64,000 nucleotides of DNA from Treponemataceae bacterium. GTDB lineage: Bacteria > Spirochaetota > Spirochaetia > Treponematales > Treponemataceae. This document shows, in pieces, positions 34,882 through 44,729 of this stretch. Below the pieces are notes generated by a model. It worked only from the letters and a program-made list of their open reading frames with translations. It had not been told where the DNA came from and did no database searches. Position 1 is the first letter of the stretch; the number at the start of each line of letters is the position of its first letter. Made by a program: the position numbers and the translations under genes. The stretch is from positions 11,395 to 75,394 of the forward strand of contig JAZRJV010000037.1 in assembly GCA_045645985.1 (NCBI GenBank), read 5' to 3'.

Positions 34882-37626
34882 CTAGCGGCCGCAACACTGC
34901 TTGTATTTTTTTCCGCTACCACATGGGCATGGGTCGTTGCGACCTACTTTTGGAGCAGTTCTAACAACGGTTACGCTTTCACCACGACTTTTTGCTGCCA
35001 TTGGAGAAGATGCGGCACGAGCCATTGCTGAATTTCCGTCGAAAGCCCCGTAAGCATTGTGTTGTGCATTCATTTGGCGTTGACTTCCAACTCTGCGTTG
35101 ATGTGCTTCTTCGCCAGACTGAACTTTTACTCTAAACACTCTTGAAGCAATATCAATGCGGATTTTATCCAACATATCGTAGAAAATATTAAACCCATCG
35201 ATTTTATATTCAGTTAATGGATTTTTTGAACCATAAGAGCGAAGATGAACTGCTTCTCGCAAACCTTCCAAAACTTCAAGGTGGTCAAGCCATTTTTTAT
35301 CAATTTCTTGAACATATTGATAGCGAATAAACATATTCAAGTTTTCTTTTCCAGCAAGATTTTCTTTTTCTTGAATATCTTTTTTCATCATTTCAAAGAT
35401 TGAATCTTTTAAATTTGATTTATCAATATCATTTGGAATTACAATATTGAAAACTCGCTTCAAATTATCTTGAAGTTCGGCAAAGGCTGCATCGCCTTGC
35501 TTTCTTGATTTTCCGTTAAATTCATCAAGATAATCGTCGAGAGTTTCTTCCGCAGTTGTTAAAACTCGTTCTTTTAGATTTTCGTCTGCAAGAATTGCGT
35601 CTCGTTGTTCGTAAATGAAGTTTCTCTGTTCGTTCAAAACATCATCGTATTCAAGAAGATGTTTACGAATTTCAAAGTTGCGCTCTTCAACCTTAGTTTG
35701 AGCACCTTCAATTCCTTTGGTCAACCAAGGATGAAGAATTGGCTCTCCGTTTGGCATTCCAAGACGACTCATCATCATCTTCATTTTTTCGCCACCAAAA
35801 AGACGCATCAAATCATCATCAAGTGAGATATAAAATTTACTGCGACCAGGGTCACCTTGACGACCAGAACGACCTCTAAGCTGATTGTCAATTCGTCGGC
35901 TTTCGTGGCGTTCTGTACCGATGATATAAAGTCCACCAAGAGATTTTACTTCTTCATAATCTTGTTGCCACTGGATTTTTTCTTTTTCTAATGCTTGTTC
36001 AAATTGTTGGCTAGATGCTTCTGTTCCAACTTTTCGTCGTGCGCGGAATTCTGGATTTCCACCAAGTTTAATATCGGTACCACGACCTGCCATGTTTGTA
36101 GCGATAGTTACAGCACCTTTACTTCCGGCTTCTGCGATAATCAAAGCTTCTCGAGCATGATTTTTTGCGTTAAGAACTTCGTGACGAATTCCTTTTTTTG
36201 TAAGAAGTGAAGATAGAAGTTCTGATTTTTCGATAGAAACTGTACCAACAAGAATTGGTTGCCCTTTTGCGTGGCAAGTTTGAATTTCCTTACAGATTGC
36301 TTCCCATTTATCGCTTTCTGTCATGTAAACTTCATCGTTTTCATCGATACGAGCAACTGGTTTATTTGTAGGAATTACAACAACATCCAATCCATAGATT
36401 TTATTGAATTCAACAGCTTCTGTTTCGGCAGTTCCTGTCATACCAGAAAGTTTTTTGTACATACGGAAAAAATTCTGGAAAGTGATAGTTGCCATTGTTC
36501 TGTTGCGTTGAGCAATTCGGATATGTTCTTTTGCTTCGATAGCTTGATGCAAACCATCTCCGTAACGGCGACCTTCCAAAATACGACCTGTAAATTCGTC
36601 AACGATTTGAACTTGTCTATCTTGCACAACATAATCAACATCAATGTGATAAAGAGTATGTGCTCTTACAGCCTGAGTAAAATAGTGAATATATTCAAAG
36701 TTTTCTTCGTCAAAGAGACTTCCAGAAATTAAATTATGTTTTTTAAGAATTTCTTCGATTTTGAGCATACCAGCGTCTGTAAAAGAAACTCGTTTGCTTT
36801 TTTCGTCGATTTTGTAATCACCAATAACTTCTTGTCCTTGAGCTTCGTCTGGATAGTCATCGGTTTCAGGATTTTTTTCAACTTCTTTTAATTGACCAAC
36901 ATATTTATCAACTTCAAAGAATTTTGCTGTATCATCTTCACCTTGGCCAGAAATAATAAGCGGAGTTCGAGCTTCGTCAATAAGAATTGAGTCGATTTCG
37001 TCCACGATACAGAAAGCAAATCCCCGCTGAACTTTATCTTTAGGATTGATGTGCATATTATCGCGAAGATAATCAAAACCAAATTCGTTGTTTGTTCCGT
37101 AAGTGATGTCACAAGCGTAGGCTTTTCGTCGAGCATCATTATCCATACTTGAAAGAATAATTCCAACTGAAACACCCAAATAATTGTAAACTTTGCTCAT
37201 CCAAGTTGCATCGCGTTCTGCAAGATAATCGTTTACAGTTACAACATGAACACCTTCGCCTGTAAGGCTGTTCAAATAGGCGGCGGCAACACACATCAAA
37301 GTTTTACCTTCACCAGTTTTCATTTCTACGATTCTTCCAGAATTAAGAACCAAAGAACCCATAAGCTGAACATCGTAAGCTCTTTCGCCTAAAACACGAT
37401 TTGCAGCTTCTCGAGCCAAAGCAAAGGCTTCTGGTAAAATATCATCGAGAGTTTCTCCGTTTGCAAGGCGTTTTTTAAACTCAGCAGTTTGCAAAGGAAA
37501 ATCTTCATCTTTTAAAGACTTTGCCCAATCTTCTTTTTGATTGATTTTTTCTACAACAGGTAACAACTGTTTTACATCTCGGTCTCTTTTAGAACCGAAA
37601 AAAAAGGTCAAAATTGAATCTAACAT
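34882..37626 (-). CDS. secA: preprotein translocase ATPase SecA
   Basis: 914 aa. MKTGEGKTL Walker A, FCIVDEIDSILIDEARTPLIISG, TNMAGRGTDIKLGG, and C-terminal zinc finger CPCGSGKKYKQCCG. Confidence 0.97.
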   Translation of the reverse strand: MLDSILTFFFGSKRDRDVKQLLPVVEKINQKEDWAKSLKDEDFPLQTAEFKKRLANGETLDDILPEAFALAREAANRVLGERAYDVQLMGSLVLNSGRIVEMKTGEGKTLMCVAAAYLNSLTGEGVHVVTVNDYLAERDATWMSKVYNYLGVSVGIILSSMDNDARRKAYACDITYGTNNEFGFDYLRDNMHINPKDKVQRGFAFCIVDEIDSILIDEARTPLIISGQGEDDTAKFFEVDKYVGQLKEVEKNPETDDYPDEAQGQEVIGDYKIDEKSKRVSFTDAGMLKIEEILKKHNLISGSLFDEENFEYIHYFTQAVRAHTLYHIDVDYVVQDRQVQIVDEFTGRILEGRRYGDGLHQAIEAKEHIRIAQRNRTMATITFQNFFRMYKKLSGMTGTAETEAVEFNKIYGLDVVVIPTNKPVARIDENDEVYMTESDKWEAICKEIQTCHAKGQPILVGTVSIEKSELLSSLLTKKGIRHEVLNAKNHAREALIIAEAGSKGAVTIATNMAGRGTDIKLGGNPEFRARRKVGTEASSQQFEQALEKEKIQWQQDYEEVKSLGGLYIIGTERHESRRIDNQLRGRSGRQGDPGRSKFYISLDDDLMRLFGGEKMKMMMSRLGMPNGEPILHPWLTKGIEGAQTKVEERNFEIRKHLLEYDDVLNEQRNFIYEQRDAILADENLKERVLTTAEETLDDYLDEFNGKSRKQGDAAFAELQDNLKRVFNIVIPNDIDKSNLKDSIFEMMKKDIQEKENLAGKENLNMFIRYQYVQEIDKKWLDHLEVLEGLREAVHLRSYGSKNPLTEYKIDGFNIFYDMLDKIRIDIASRVFRVKVQSGEEAHQRRVGSQRQMNAQHNAYGAFDGNSAMARAASSPMAAKSRGESVTVVRTAPKVGRNDPCPCGSGKKYKQCCGR

Positions 37627-37689
37627 AAATTAAATTTACTATCTTTTGCCCGTATTGACAACTATTCTCAACAACTTTATTCTCTATAT

Positions 37690-38958
37690 ATGAAACATTT
37701 TTTTAACTTTACAATTTTGTTACTTTCGCTAGGATTTATTTTTACGAATCTTTCATGCTCAAGAAATCAAACAATCTCAACAATAAAAGAAGAAAAACTT
37801 TTTTCCTTGAATTATGGAAAATACGAAAACGAACTTCAACTTTTTAATTTATCAAATCTTGGACACATAAATACTAAAATTTTTATGAAAGATGGATTTT
37901 TCTTTATCTCTGATGATAATGCAAAAAAAATAATGCAAATGACTTCATACGGAGATTTACTTGGAGTAATTTACAATCCAGAAACAAATCCAGAACCATC
38001 TTTTGCAAGAAAATTAAAAACCACAAAAGGTTCTTCATCTGCAAATCAAGAATCAACGCAAAAAACAATAACACAAACAGCAGAAAAACATCTTTTTAAT
38101 CAAATCTCAAATATTTCTGCAAATTCCGAAAAAAATATTTTTATAGTAGACCAAATTCCACAAGAACGCCAAGAACAAGACTTGCAAACAAAAACTATCC
38201 TAAAAGAAGTGGTTTTGCGTTTTACAAATGATGGAAAATTCATTGATTACATTGGACAAGAAGGTCCAGGCGGAACTCCATTTCCATTTATAAAAGATAT
38301 TTTTGTAACAAAAAATAACGAACTTATTGTTACTTGTATCACAAATGACGGACAAACAGTTTTTTGGTTTAATCCATCAGGATTTTTGAAATATACAATT
38401 CCGATTAAAACTGAAACAATCCCTATCTTCCAAGACGAAGAAGATGCCCCTAGCGAAATTTTTGTAACAATCGATAAAATCGTTCCAGATTTTACAAAAC
38501 AAAAACTTTTTATCAAAGCTGATTATCACAAAACAGTTATTGATGCAGAATCAAATGTACAATCAGGAATTGAATATTATCAAACTTTGTTGCATCCACT
38601 AAATATTGAAAACGGACAGTTTGAGGAATTTCTTGTAATTCCACCTTACGAAGATGTTGTTACAGATGGATTTAGCAAATTAACTTACAATACATCTTTT
38701 GACTTTTTAGGCGTAACTGAATCAGGTTGGTTCTTTTTTATGATTCCAGATAACACAGGTTATGTAATTCAAATGATTCAGCCAAACGGACAAAGAATTA
38801 TTAAGCGCCACATCGATTATAATCGAGACAAAACAGTTTACTTAAATTTCACTTTATCAGACAACGGAATTATTTCGGCCCTTCTTGCAACAAATGAAAA
38901 CGCTTCTGTTGTTTGGTGGCGAACAGACGATTTGATTGAATCAATTTACAGCAAATAG
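37690..38958 (+). CDS. hypothetical lipoprotein
   Basis: 422 aa. MKHFFNFTILLLSLGFIFTNLSC lipobox-like signal. No recognisable catalytic motif. Confidence 0.55.
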   Translation: MKHFFNFTILLLSLGFIFTNLSCSRNQTISTIKEEKLFSLNYGKYENELQLFNLSNLGHINTKIFMKDGFFFISDDNAKKIMQMTSYGDLLGVIYNPETNPEPSFARKLKTTKGSSSANQESTQKTITQTAEKHLFNQISNISANSEKNIFIVDQIPQERQEQDLQTKTILKEVVLRFTNDGKFIDYIGQEGPGGTPFPFIKDIFVTKNNELIVTCITNDGQTVFWFNPSGFLKYTIPIKTETIPIFQDEEDAPSEIFVTIDKIVPDFTKQKLFIKADYHKTVIDAESNVQSGIEYYQTLLHPLNIENGQFEEFLVIPPYEDVVTDGFSKLTYNTSFDFLGVTESGWFFFMIPDNTGYVIQMIQPNGQRIIKRHIDYNRDKTVYLNFTLSDNGIISALLATNENASVVWWRTDDLIESIYSK

Positions 38959-38979
38959 GATTTTCGCCTAGGAGAATTT

Positions 38980-39537
38980 ATGCAAGACGAAATTTATACA
39001 GATAATCCTTCTGAAAGCGAGCTCAATTTTCGTTACAATCGCGAAGAACGATTAAAAAACGCACCAGAAACTGTAAGAAAATATTACGCAGGAGAACTTC
39101 CAACTGCCCCGAAAGGATTTTTCAAAGCTTTAGTTCACACAAAATCTTCTAGGTTTACTTTTATGGCATTGATTTTAGTTCTTGCACTTTTTGTGGCCTT
39201 ATTTTTCTTTGGACCAAAAGCAAATCAAAATAATATGCAAAATACAGATTTTACTTTATCAGCTTTTTCTTTTGAAGAAAAAATTTATGTGAGCATAAAA
39301 GTTCAATCCCAATCAAATGCGAAGGAAATACAACTTCCATTAAAAGCAAAATTTTCTATGCTTGATAAAGACAAACAACTTGTAAATCAAGAAGAAATTG
39401 AAACAGTAATTTTACAAAAAGAAGAATTTATTAGGACAATTTTTACAGATTATGATATAATATCAGTAGAGGTAGAAATTACGAACACAGATACAGAAGA
39501 AAAAATACTACTTTCAACTTCTGTAACACAAAATTAA
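38980..39537 (+). CDS. hypothetical single-pass membrane protein
   Basis: 185 aa. AGGAG RBS. One TM segment (FTFMALILVLALFVALFFF). Confidence 0.5.
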   Translation: MQDEIYTDNPSESELNFRYNREERLKNAPETVRKYYAGELPTAPKGFFKALVHTKSSRFTFMALILVLALFVALFFFGPKANQNNMQNTDFTLSAFSFEEKIYVSIKVQSQSNAKEIQLPLKAKFSMLDKDKQLVNQEEIETVILQKEEFIRTIFTDYDIISVEVEITNTDTEEKILLSTSVTQN

Positions 39538-39553
39538 ATTTTAAGGAAACCGC

Positions 39554-39967
39554 ATGTTACAATTTTATTTTTTATCAATATTGCTAAATTCGCTTACAGG
39601 TTTAACACTTATCTTTAATAGCTATACTGAAAAATCACAAGATTCATTAAAGAATGTTCCAGATTTTTTTACAAACAACACTTTTAAATTAGTAATTGGA
39701 ATTTTATGTTGTTTTACAGCATTGATTAAATTGTTAACTTCATTTCCAGGTTCAATTTTAATCATGGGCGATTTACTTCCTGCAGTTGTGGGAGTTTTAG
39801 GTGGAATTGCAGTTCTTTTTGATTACTATATGAACAATTCACCATCAGAAACAAAACTTAATCCAAAGTTAGAAACAATTTTTGTTACAAATAAAAAATA
39901 CATCGGTGTACTTTGTGTACTTTCAGCACTTTTACACTTTTTGTTCCCAAGAGTGATAATTCTCTAA
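39554..39967 (+). CDS. hypothetical integral membrane protein (about 4 TM)
   Basis: 137 aa, hydrophobic throughout, with AAGGA RBS. Confidence 0.5.
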   Translation: MLQFYFLSILLNSLTGLTLIFNSYTEKSQDSLKNVPDFFTNNTFKLVIGILCCFTALIKLLTSFPGSILIMGDLLPAVVGVLGGIAVLFDYYMNNSPSETKLNPKLETIFVTNKKYIGVLCVLSALLHFLFPRVIIL

Positions 39968-40002
39968 TTTTACACACGACTTTTTACAAAAGGTGGTACA
40001 AC

Positions 40003-40404
40003 ATGCAAAAACAATCTGTAGCAGGAATTATTGTAGTTGACGGTTTAGTTTTCATCGGTAAAAGATTACCTCAAGGTCAAATGGGAAATCGTTGGGAATT
40101 TCCAGGCGGAAAAGTTGAAGAAGGCGAAAATCACAAAGAAGCTCTTTTGCGGGAATTTCAAGAAGAGTTTATGATTGATATTGAAGTTGGAGAATGTATT
40201 GCAACAGCAGAATTTAAACATAAAAACAATACAGTCAGCTTATTTGCATACGAAATTTTTGTAAAAGATATTGATAATGTTTCTTGGATTCTCAGCGAGC
40301 ACACAGATGTAAATTGGGTTCCTTTTGATAAAATTAGTGAACTAGAATTTGTTGATTCTGATTTACTTTTACTTGAACAAATAAGAAATTATTACGGGTT
40401 ATAA
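40003..40404 (+). CDS. NUDIX hydrolase (MutT-like)
   Basis: ATG at 40003 follows AAAGGTGG (track start 39913 overlaps the upstream gene). Nudix box GGKVEEGENHKEALLREFQEEFMI. Confidence 0.85.
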   Translation: MQKQSVAGIIVVDGLVFIGKRLPQGQMGNRWEFPGGKVEEGENHKEALLREFQEEFMIDIEVGECIATAEFKHKNNTVSLFAYEIFVKDIDNVSWILSEHTDVNWVPFDKISELEFVDSDLLLLEQIRNYYGL

Positions 40405-40407
40405 AAT

Positions 40408-40785
40408 ATGAAATTTAGATTTTTTCTCTCTTTTTTTGCAATTTTGATGATTTTTAGTTTTTCATCTTGTACAAAAAACAAAACTTCAAATATAAGTTTT
40501 GAGCAAATTCCACAAATATCCATTGGCGAAAAATGGGCAGTTATTTCTTCTCCATACATAGCATACAAAGAAACACCAACAAGTTCTGCAAACATAATTG
40601 CTCATGGAAGACGCGGTGATATTCACCAAATTTTAGGAAAGAAAATCGAAGTTTTAGAAGATTTAAAAGAAAAAACCATCTGGTACAAATTACCAGATGG
40701 CTGGATTGAAGAATCAAGTATTTACATTTACAATAATCAATTTCAAGCTCAAACTTCTGCAAAAAAGATTATTGACAACAAATAA
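40408..40785 (+). CDS. small lipoprotein with bacterial SH3-like domain
   Basis: 125 aa. FSFSSC lipobox. GEKWAVISSPYIAYKE...GDIHQILGKK...WYKLPDGWIEESSI resembles SH3_3. Confidence 0.5.
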   Translation: MKFRFFLSFFAILMIFSFSSCTKNKTSNISFEQIPQISIGEKWAVISSPYIAYKETPTSSANIIAHGRRGDIHQILGKKIEVLEDLKEKTIWYKLPDGWIEESSIYIYNNQFQAQTSAKKIIDNK

Positions 40786-42076
40786 TTTCAACTGCTTTTT
40801 CAACATCGCAATTTTCAAATTGTTCTCGTGTTGCAAGATTTTTCAAAGTGAAAGTTCCTGCTTTTGCATTTTCAGCATTCATCAAAATTCCCCACTTAAT
40901 GCCTTTTTTGTCAGTAACATTGTATTGCTGACCGATTTTTTTAGCGTCTGGGAAAACTTCGCAAGAAATTCCCTTGTCTCTAAGTTTTTGAGCAAGGCCT
41001 TGATATTCTACAGAAAGTGAAGCATCTACACAGAAAATTTCTAAATCAACAAAACTTCCTTTTTTAGAAATAACGCCAAGTTGTTCAAGCCCCGCAATCA
41101 ATCTGTCCAAACCGATTGAAGAACCAACTCCGCTGATTTTTTCTTTCATGTAAAGTCCTGCAAGATTGTCGTATCTTCCGCCAGAACAAACTGAACCAAT
41201 TCCAGGCAAATCGTTTAAGAAAGTTTCGTAAACAACGCCTGTGTAATAATCCAATCCGCGAGTAATTGAAGGATCTAAAACATAAGTTGATTCAATTCCA
41301 CTTGCTTTCATCATTTGACGAATATCTTTCATTCTTTGCACAAAAGGAACAGCTTCATCCCCTGCCATAGAACCGATAAGTTCCAAAGTTGAGTCAAAAT
41401 CATCTTTTCCTGCAATGAAAGTTAAAATATCTTTTGATTTTCCTTCATCTTGAGTAACTTCGTTTAACTGAAGTGTTACTTGTTCTTGCCCGATTTTTGC
41501 AAGTTTATCTACAATACGCAAAATATCTTCAGATTTTTCTGACAAACCGAGTTTTGCCAAAAATGCGTTAAAAATTCCACGATGATTTACTTTAATTGTG
41601 ATATTTTCAACTCCGATTTCTTTCAAAGCGCTTTTCATTAAAGAAAGAATTTCAAAATCACTTGCAGCACTATCAGAACCAACCATATCAAAGTCGCATT
41701 GATAAAATTCTCGATAGCGTCCAGCTTGAGGTTTTTCACCACGCCAAACTTTTGCAATATGATAACGCTTAAAAGGGAAATATAATTCTTCTTTATGTTC
41801 TGCAACAAATCGTGCAAAAGGAACAGTTAAGTCAAATCGCATTGAAACATCGCGTTTTCCATTATCTTCAAATCTAAAAACTTGTTTTTCAGTTTCGCCG
41901 TTACTTTTTCTTAGCAAAATTTCTGAATATTCCAAAACTGGAGTATCGATTGGAACAAATCCGTAAGAGCGAAAAGTTTTTGTAAGTTTTTCAATCAACA
42001 AAGAGCGTTGAATTTCTGCTTCAGGTAAAAAATCTCTAAAACCTTTTAAAATTTTTGGTTGTATTAAAGTTTCCAT
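40769..42076 (-). CDS. hisS: histidine--tRNA ligase
   Basis: I prefer METLIQPKILKGFRDFLP (ATG at 42076). Class II motifs: FRFEDNGKRDVSMRFDLTVPFAR, YREFYQCDFD, GGRYDNL. Confidence 0.93.
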   Translation of the reverse strand: METLIQPKILKGFRDFLPEAEIQRSLLIEKLTKTFRSYGFVPIDTPVLEYSEILLRKSNGETEKQVFRFEDNGKRDVSMRFDLTVPFARFVAEHKEELYFPFKRYHIAKVWRGEKPQAGRYREFYQCDFDMVGSDSAASDFEILSLMKSALKEIGVENITIKVNHRGIFNAFLAKLGLSEKSEDILRIVDKLAKIGQEQVTLQLNEVTQDEGKSKDILTFIAGKDDFDSTLELIGSMAGDEAVPFVQRMKDIRQMMKASGIESTYVLDPSITRGLDYYTGVVYETFLNDLPGIGSVCSGGRYDNLAGLYMKEKISGVGSSIGLDRLIAGLEQLGVISKKGSFVDLEIFCVDASLSVEYQGLAQKLRDKGISCEVFPDAKKIGQQYNVTDKKGIKWGILMNAENAKAGTFTLKNLATREQFENCDVEKAVEIICCQ

Positions 42077-42161
42077 ATCTGTTATACTACAAAATATAGG
42101 ATAAAAATACAATTACTTTATTTTGAATTAAAGAAATGCTTTATATTTAAGGACGAAAAAA

Positions 42162-42950
42162 ATGCTTTTAGCCATTGATATTGGAAATACAAATATTGTT
42201 GTTGCACTTTTTCACAAAGACGAAATCATCCATGAATGGAGACTTCATTCTGACCCAAACAGAACATCCGATGAATATAATTCTATGATTTTATCATTTT
42301 TTAGAGATAACGGAATTTCACAGTCTTCAATTAAATCTGGAGTTTTAAGTTCCGTAGTTCCATTATTGATTGGACCTTTTATCAGATTGATGGAAAATAT
42401 CATCGGAAAAAAGCCAATAATTTTAGGACCAAGCATTTACGACAAACTTCCTGTAACAATTCCTAAATCAGCAATTCACGAAATCGGAACAGACTTGGTG
42501 GCAAATTCAATTCAGGCTTTTATAGAATACAAACAAGCTTGTATCGTTGCAGACTTTGGAACTGCTTTGACTTTTACAGCCATCGACAACAAGGGAAATA
42601 TTCAAGGTGTTGCAATCGCACCAGGAATTAAAACTGCGGTAAATTCGCTTTTTAACAATACAGCCCAGCTTCCTTCAGTTCCTTTGGAAGTTCCAGAAAA
42701 TTCACTTGGAAGAAACACAATTCACTCAATTCAAGCAGGAATTATTTTAGGTTACAAAGGCTTGGTTGAATCATTAGTTGCTCAGATAAAAAATGATTTA
42801 TCAAAAGAATGTGGCGTAAACACAAACGAAATCAAAGTAATCGCAACTGGTGGATTAAACAGCGTTTTAAAACCGATAACTGATGTTTTTCAAACAGTTG
42901 ATAAACAACTTACTCTAAAAGGCTTAAAACGAGTTGCAGATTTATTTTAG
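42162..42950 (+). CDS. coaX: type III pantothenate kinase
   Basis: 262 aa. MLLAIDIGNTN, ADFGTALTF, ATGGL. Confidence 0.9.
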   Translation: MLLAIDIGNTNIVVALFHKDEIIHEWRLHSDPNRTSDEYNSMILSFFRDNGISQSSIKSGVLSSVVPLLIGPFIRLMENIIGKKPIILGPSIYDKLPVTIPKSAIHEIGTDLVANSIQAFIEYKQACIVADFGTALTFTAIDNKGNIQGVAIAPGIKTAVNSLFNNTAQLPSVPLEVPENSLGRNTIHSIQAGIILGYKGLVESLVAQIKNDLSKECGVNTNEIKVIATGGLNSVLKPITDVFQTVDKQLTLKGLKRVADLF

Positions 42951-42956
42951 ATAAAC

Positions 42957-43574
42957 TTATCGTGCTACAAATTTTATGTAAACTGAAAAACTATTGTCGT
43001 AACCGTTGTTGCGTGGCATATTTTGCCAATAACAACCAAGAGCTGGAGAATATTTCCAAGATTCTTGTAAAAAATTGTACTCAGCCAGAATCCTAAATCC
43101 GTTACTCCATTCAGAAGTAATATTTTTAGAAGTTAGATTTGAATTTACGCCTAAATTTTCAACAGAATTAATTTTCAAAAAATTTGTATAACTTCCACAA
43201 ACATAATCAATTCCAAAATTAAATCCGTTCAAAAATGGATAAACTCTAAGACCTGCAAAAATATCGTATTTTATTAAATACATATTTGCTTGTGCATTTT
43301 TCATCCAATCCAAGCCACAAATTCCGCCAAGATTGATAGCAACATAATCATCAAGAAATAACATAGCCGAAACTTCAGCGTTTAACACAAATCGAGTTGA
43401 ATCTTCTGCAAACAGCAAAGCTTTATATTCTTTGATTTGTTCATCACCGTAAGCAAAAGCAGAAGTTCCCAAAGAAAAACTAAAAGCTAACGGGTCTGAC
43501 GAAAATCCGAAAACAGAAAATAGAAGAGAAGTAAAACATAAAAATATTAGAATTGCTTTTTTGTTAAATTTCAT
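42957..43574 (-). CDS. hypothetical secreted beta-rich (outer-membrane-like) protein
   Basis: I prefer MKFNKKAILIFLCFTSLLFSVFGFSS (ATG at 43574). Alternating aromatic/aliphatic pattern, many G/N/Y residues. Confidence 0.45.
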   Translation of the reverse strand: MKFNKKAILIFLCFTSLLFSVFGFSSDPLAFSFSLGTSAFAYGDEQIKEYKALLFAEDSTRFVLNAEVSAMLFLDDYVAINLGGICGLDWMKNAQANMYLIKYDIFAGLRVYPFLNGFNFGIDYVCGSYTNFLKINSVENLGVNSNLTSKNITSEWSNGFRILAEYNFLQESWKYSPALGCYWQNMPRNNGYDNSFSVYIKFVAR

Positions 43575-43688
43575 TAAGGAAATTATAGAAGAACATAAGA
43601 AAAAAAACAAGAAAACTTTTATAAAATATATTGTCAACATTCAGTATTTGGAATATTCTTGTAAAAAACCTTAAACAAAACAAAATTT

Positions 43689-44405
43689 ATGAACAAATAC
43701 ATTTTAATTCAAGCATTTAAAGTTACAATTCCCGTTCTCTTTGGATATTTATCTATCGGAATCCCATTTGGATTGATGTTAGTAAACGCTGGTTATCCTT
43801 GGTGGATGGCACCGATAATGAGCGTAACAATGTACGCAGGTGCTGGTCAGTATATGGCTGTGGGACTTTTTTCAGCAGGAACTCCCCTTACAGCAATTCT
43901 TGTAACAATGCTTATGGTAAATATTCGTCATATCGTTTACGGACTTTCTCTAATTGAACCTTTCAAAAAAGTTGGAAGATGGAAGCCATATCTCATTTTT
44001 GCATTAACTGACGAAACTTACGCACTTTTAACAGGAACTCCAGTTCCAAAAGGATTGAATCCAGGAAAATTCTACGGAGCGATTGCGATTTTTGACCACT
44101 TATATTGGATTATCGGAAGTATAATCGGAGCGATTGCAGGTTCTTTAATAAAATTCAATTTTGACGGAATTGACTTTGCGTTAACAGCCTTATTCATCGT
44201 ACTTTTAATTGAACAATTAAAGAAAACAAAAAATCCAATTCCACCAATTATCGGAGGAGTTTGTTCAATTATCGCATTTTTTGTTTTTGGCCCAGACAAT
44301 ATGCTGATTGCGTCCCTTGCTTTAGGAATTGCATTTTTGATGATTTTTCAAAAACCTTTAGAAAAAATGTCAAATTCAAAAGAAGAAGGAGAAATCGATG
44401 CTTAG
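43689..44405 (+). CDS. azlC: AzlC-family branched-chain amino acid permease
   Basis: 238 aa, multi-TM. FGLMLVNAGYPWW...YAGAGQYMAV motif. Followed by an overlapping azlD-like gene. Confidence 0.8.
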   Translation: MNKYILIQAFKVTIPVLFGYLSIGIPFGLMLVNAGYPWWMAPIMSVTMYAGAGQYMAVGLFSAGTPLTAILVTMLMVNIRHIVYGLSLIEPFKKVGRWKPYLIFALTDETYALLTGTPVPKGLNPGKFYGAIAIFDHLYWIIGSIIGAIAGSLIKFNFDGIDFALTALFIVLLIEQLKKTKNPIPPIIGGVCSIIAFFVFGPDNMLIASLALGIAFLMIFQKPLEKMSNSKEEGEIDA

Positions 44406-44721
44406 TTTACAAGACGCCTTAATTGCAACTTTAGGTTGTGCCTTGGTGATTTTTTTAACTCGACTTTTTCCTTTTGCGTTATTTTCAAAACGAAATCCGC
44501 CAAAAATTTTACAATTTGTAGCAAAATATCTTCCGCCAATGGTTATGGCAGTTTTGATTTTTTATTGCTTACGAAACATCAGTTTTACAACTTCACCTTA
44601 CGGACTGGCAGAAATTGTTTCAATCATTTTTATCGTAGTGGCTCATCTTTGGAAAGGAAATTCCATGATAAGCATTTTTGGTGGAACAATAATTTTTATG
44701 ATTTTAAAAGCAGTTTTATAA
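44398..44721 (+). CDS. azlD: AzlD-family branched-chain amino acid transport protein
   Basis: 107 aa, 3-4 TM, 8-nt overlap with azlC. Confidence 0.75.
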   Translation: MLSLQDALIATLGCALVIFLTRLFPFALFSKRNPPKILQFVAKYLPPMVMAVLIFYCLRNISFTTSPYGLAEIVSIIFIVVAHLWKGNSMISIFGGTIIFMILKAVL

Positions 44722-44729
44722 AGTCAAAA

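Noticed and set aside
34777-35031. 84-aa plus-strand ORF spanning the repeat array and the secA 3' end.
   Set aside because: It is generated by the repeat sequence and by antisense reading of the secA zinc-finger codons. It has no RBS and a low-complexity product (AAATL repeated).
36259-36732. 157-aa ORF antisense to secA, with similar ORFs at 35605..35826, 35995..36210 and 36888..37175.
   Set aside because: These are antisense or alternative-frame shadows within a highly conserved gene. Their Cys/Phe/Ser-rich compositions are implausible.
42077-42161. T-box leader upstream of hisS.
   Set aside because: Only ~85 nt are available between hisS and the divergent coaX, which is too short for a T-box. 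No AGAGA/T-box sequence (AAUUAGGGUGGUACCGCG-like) is seen.
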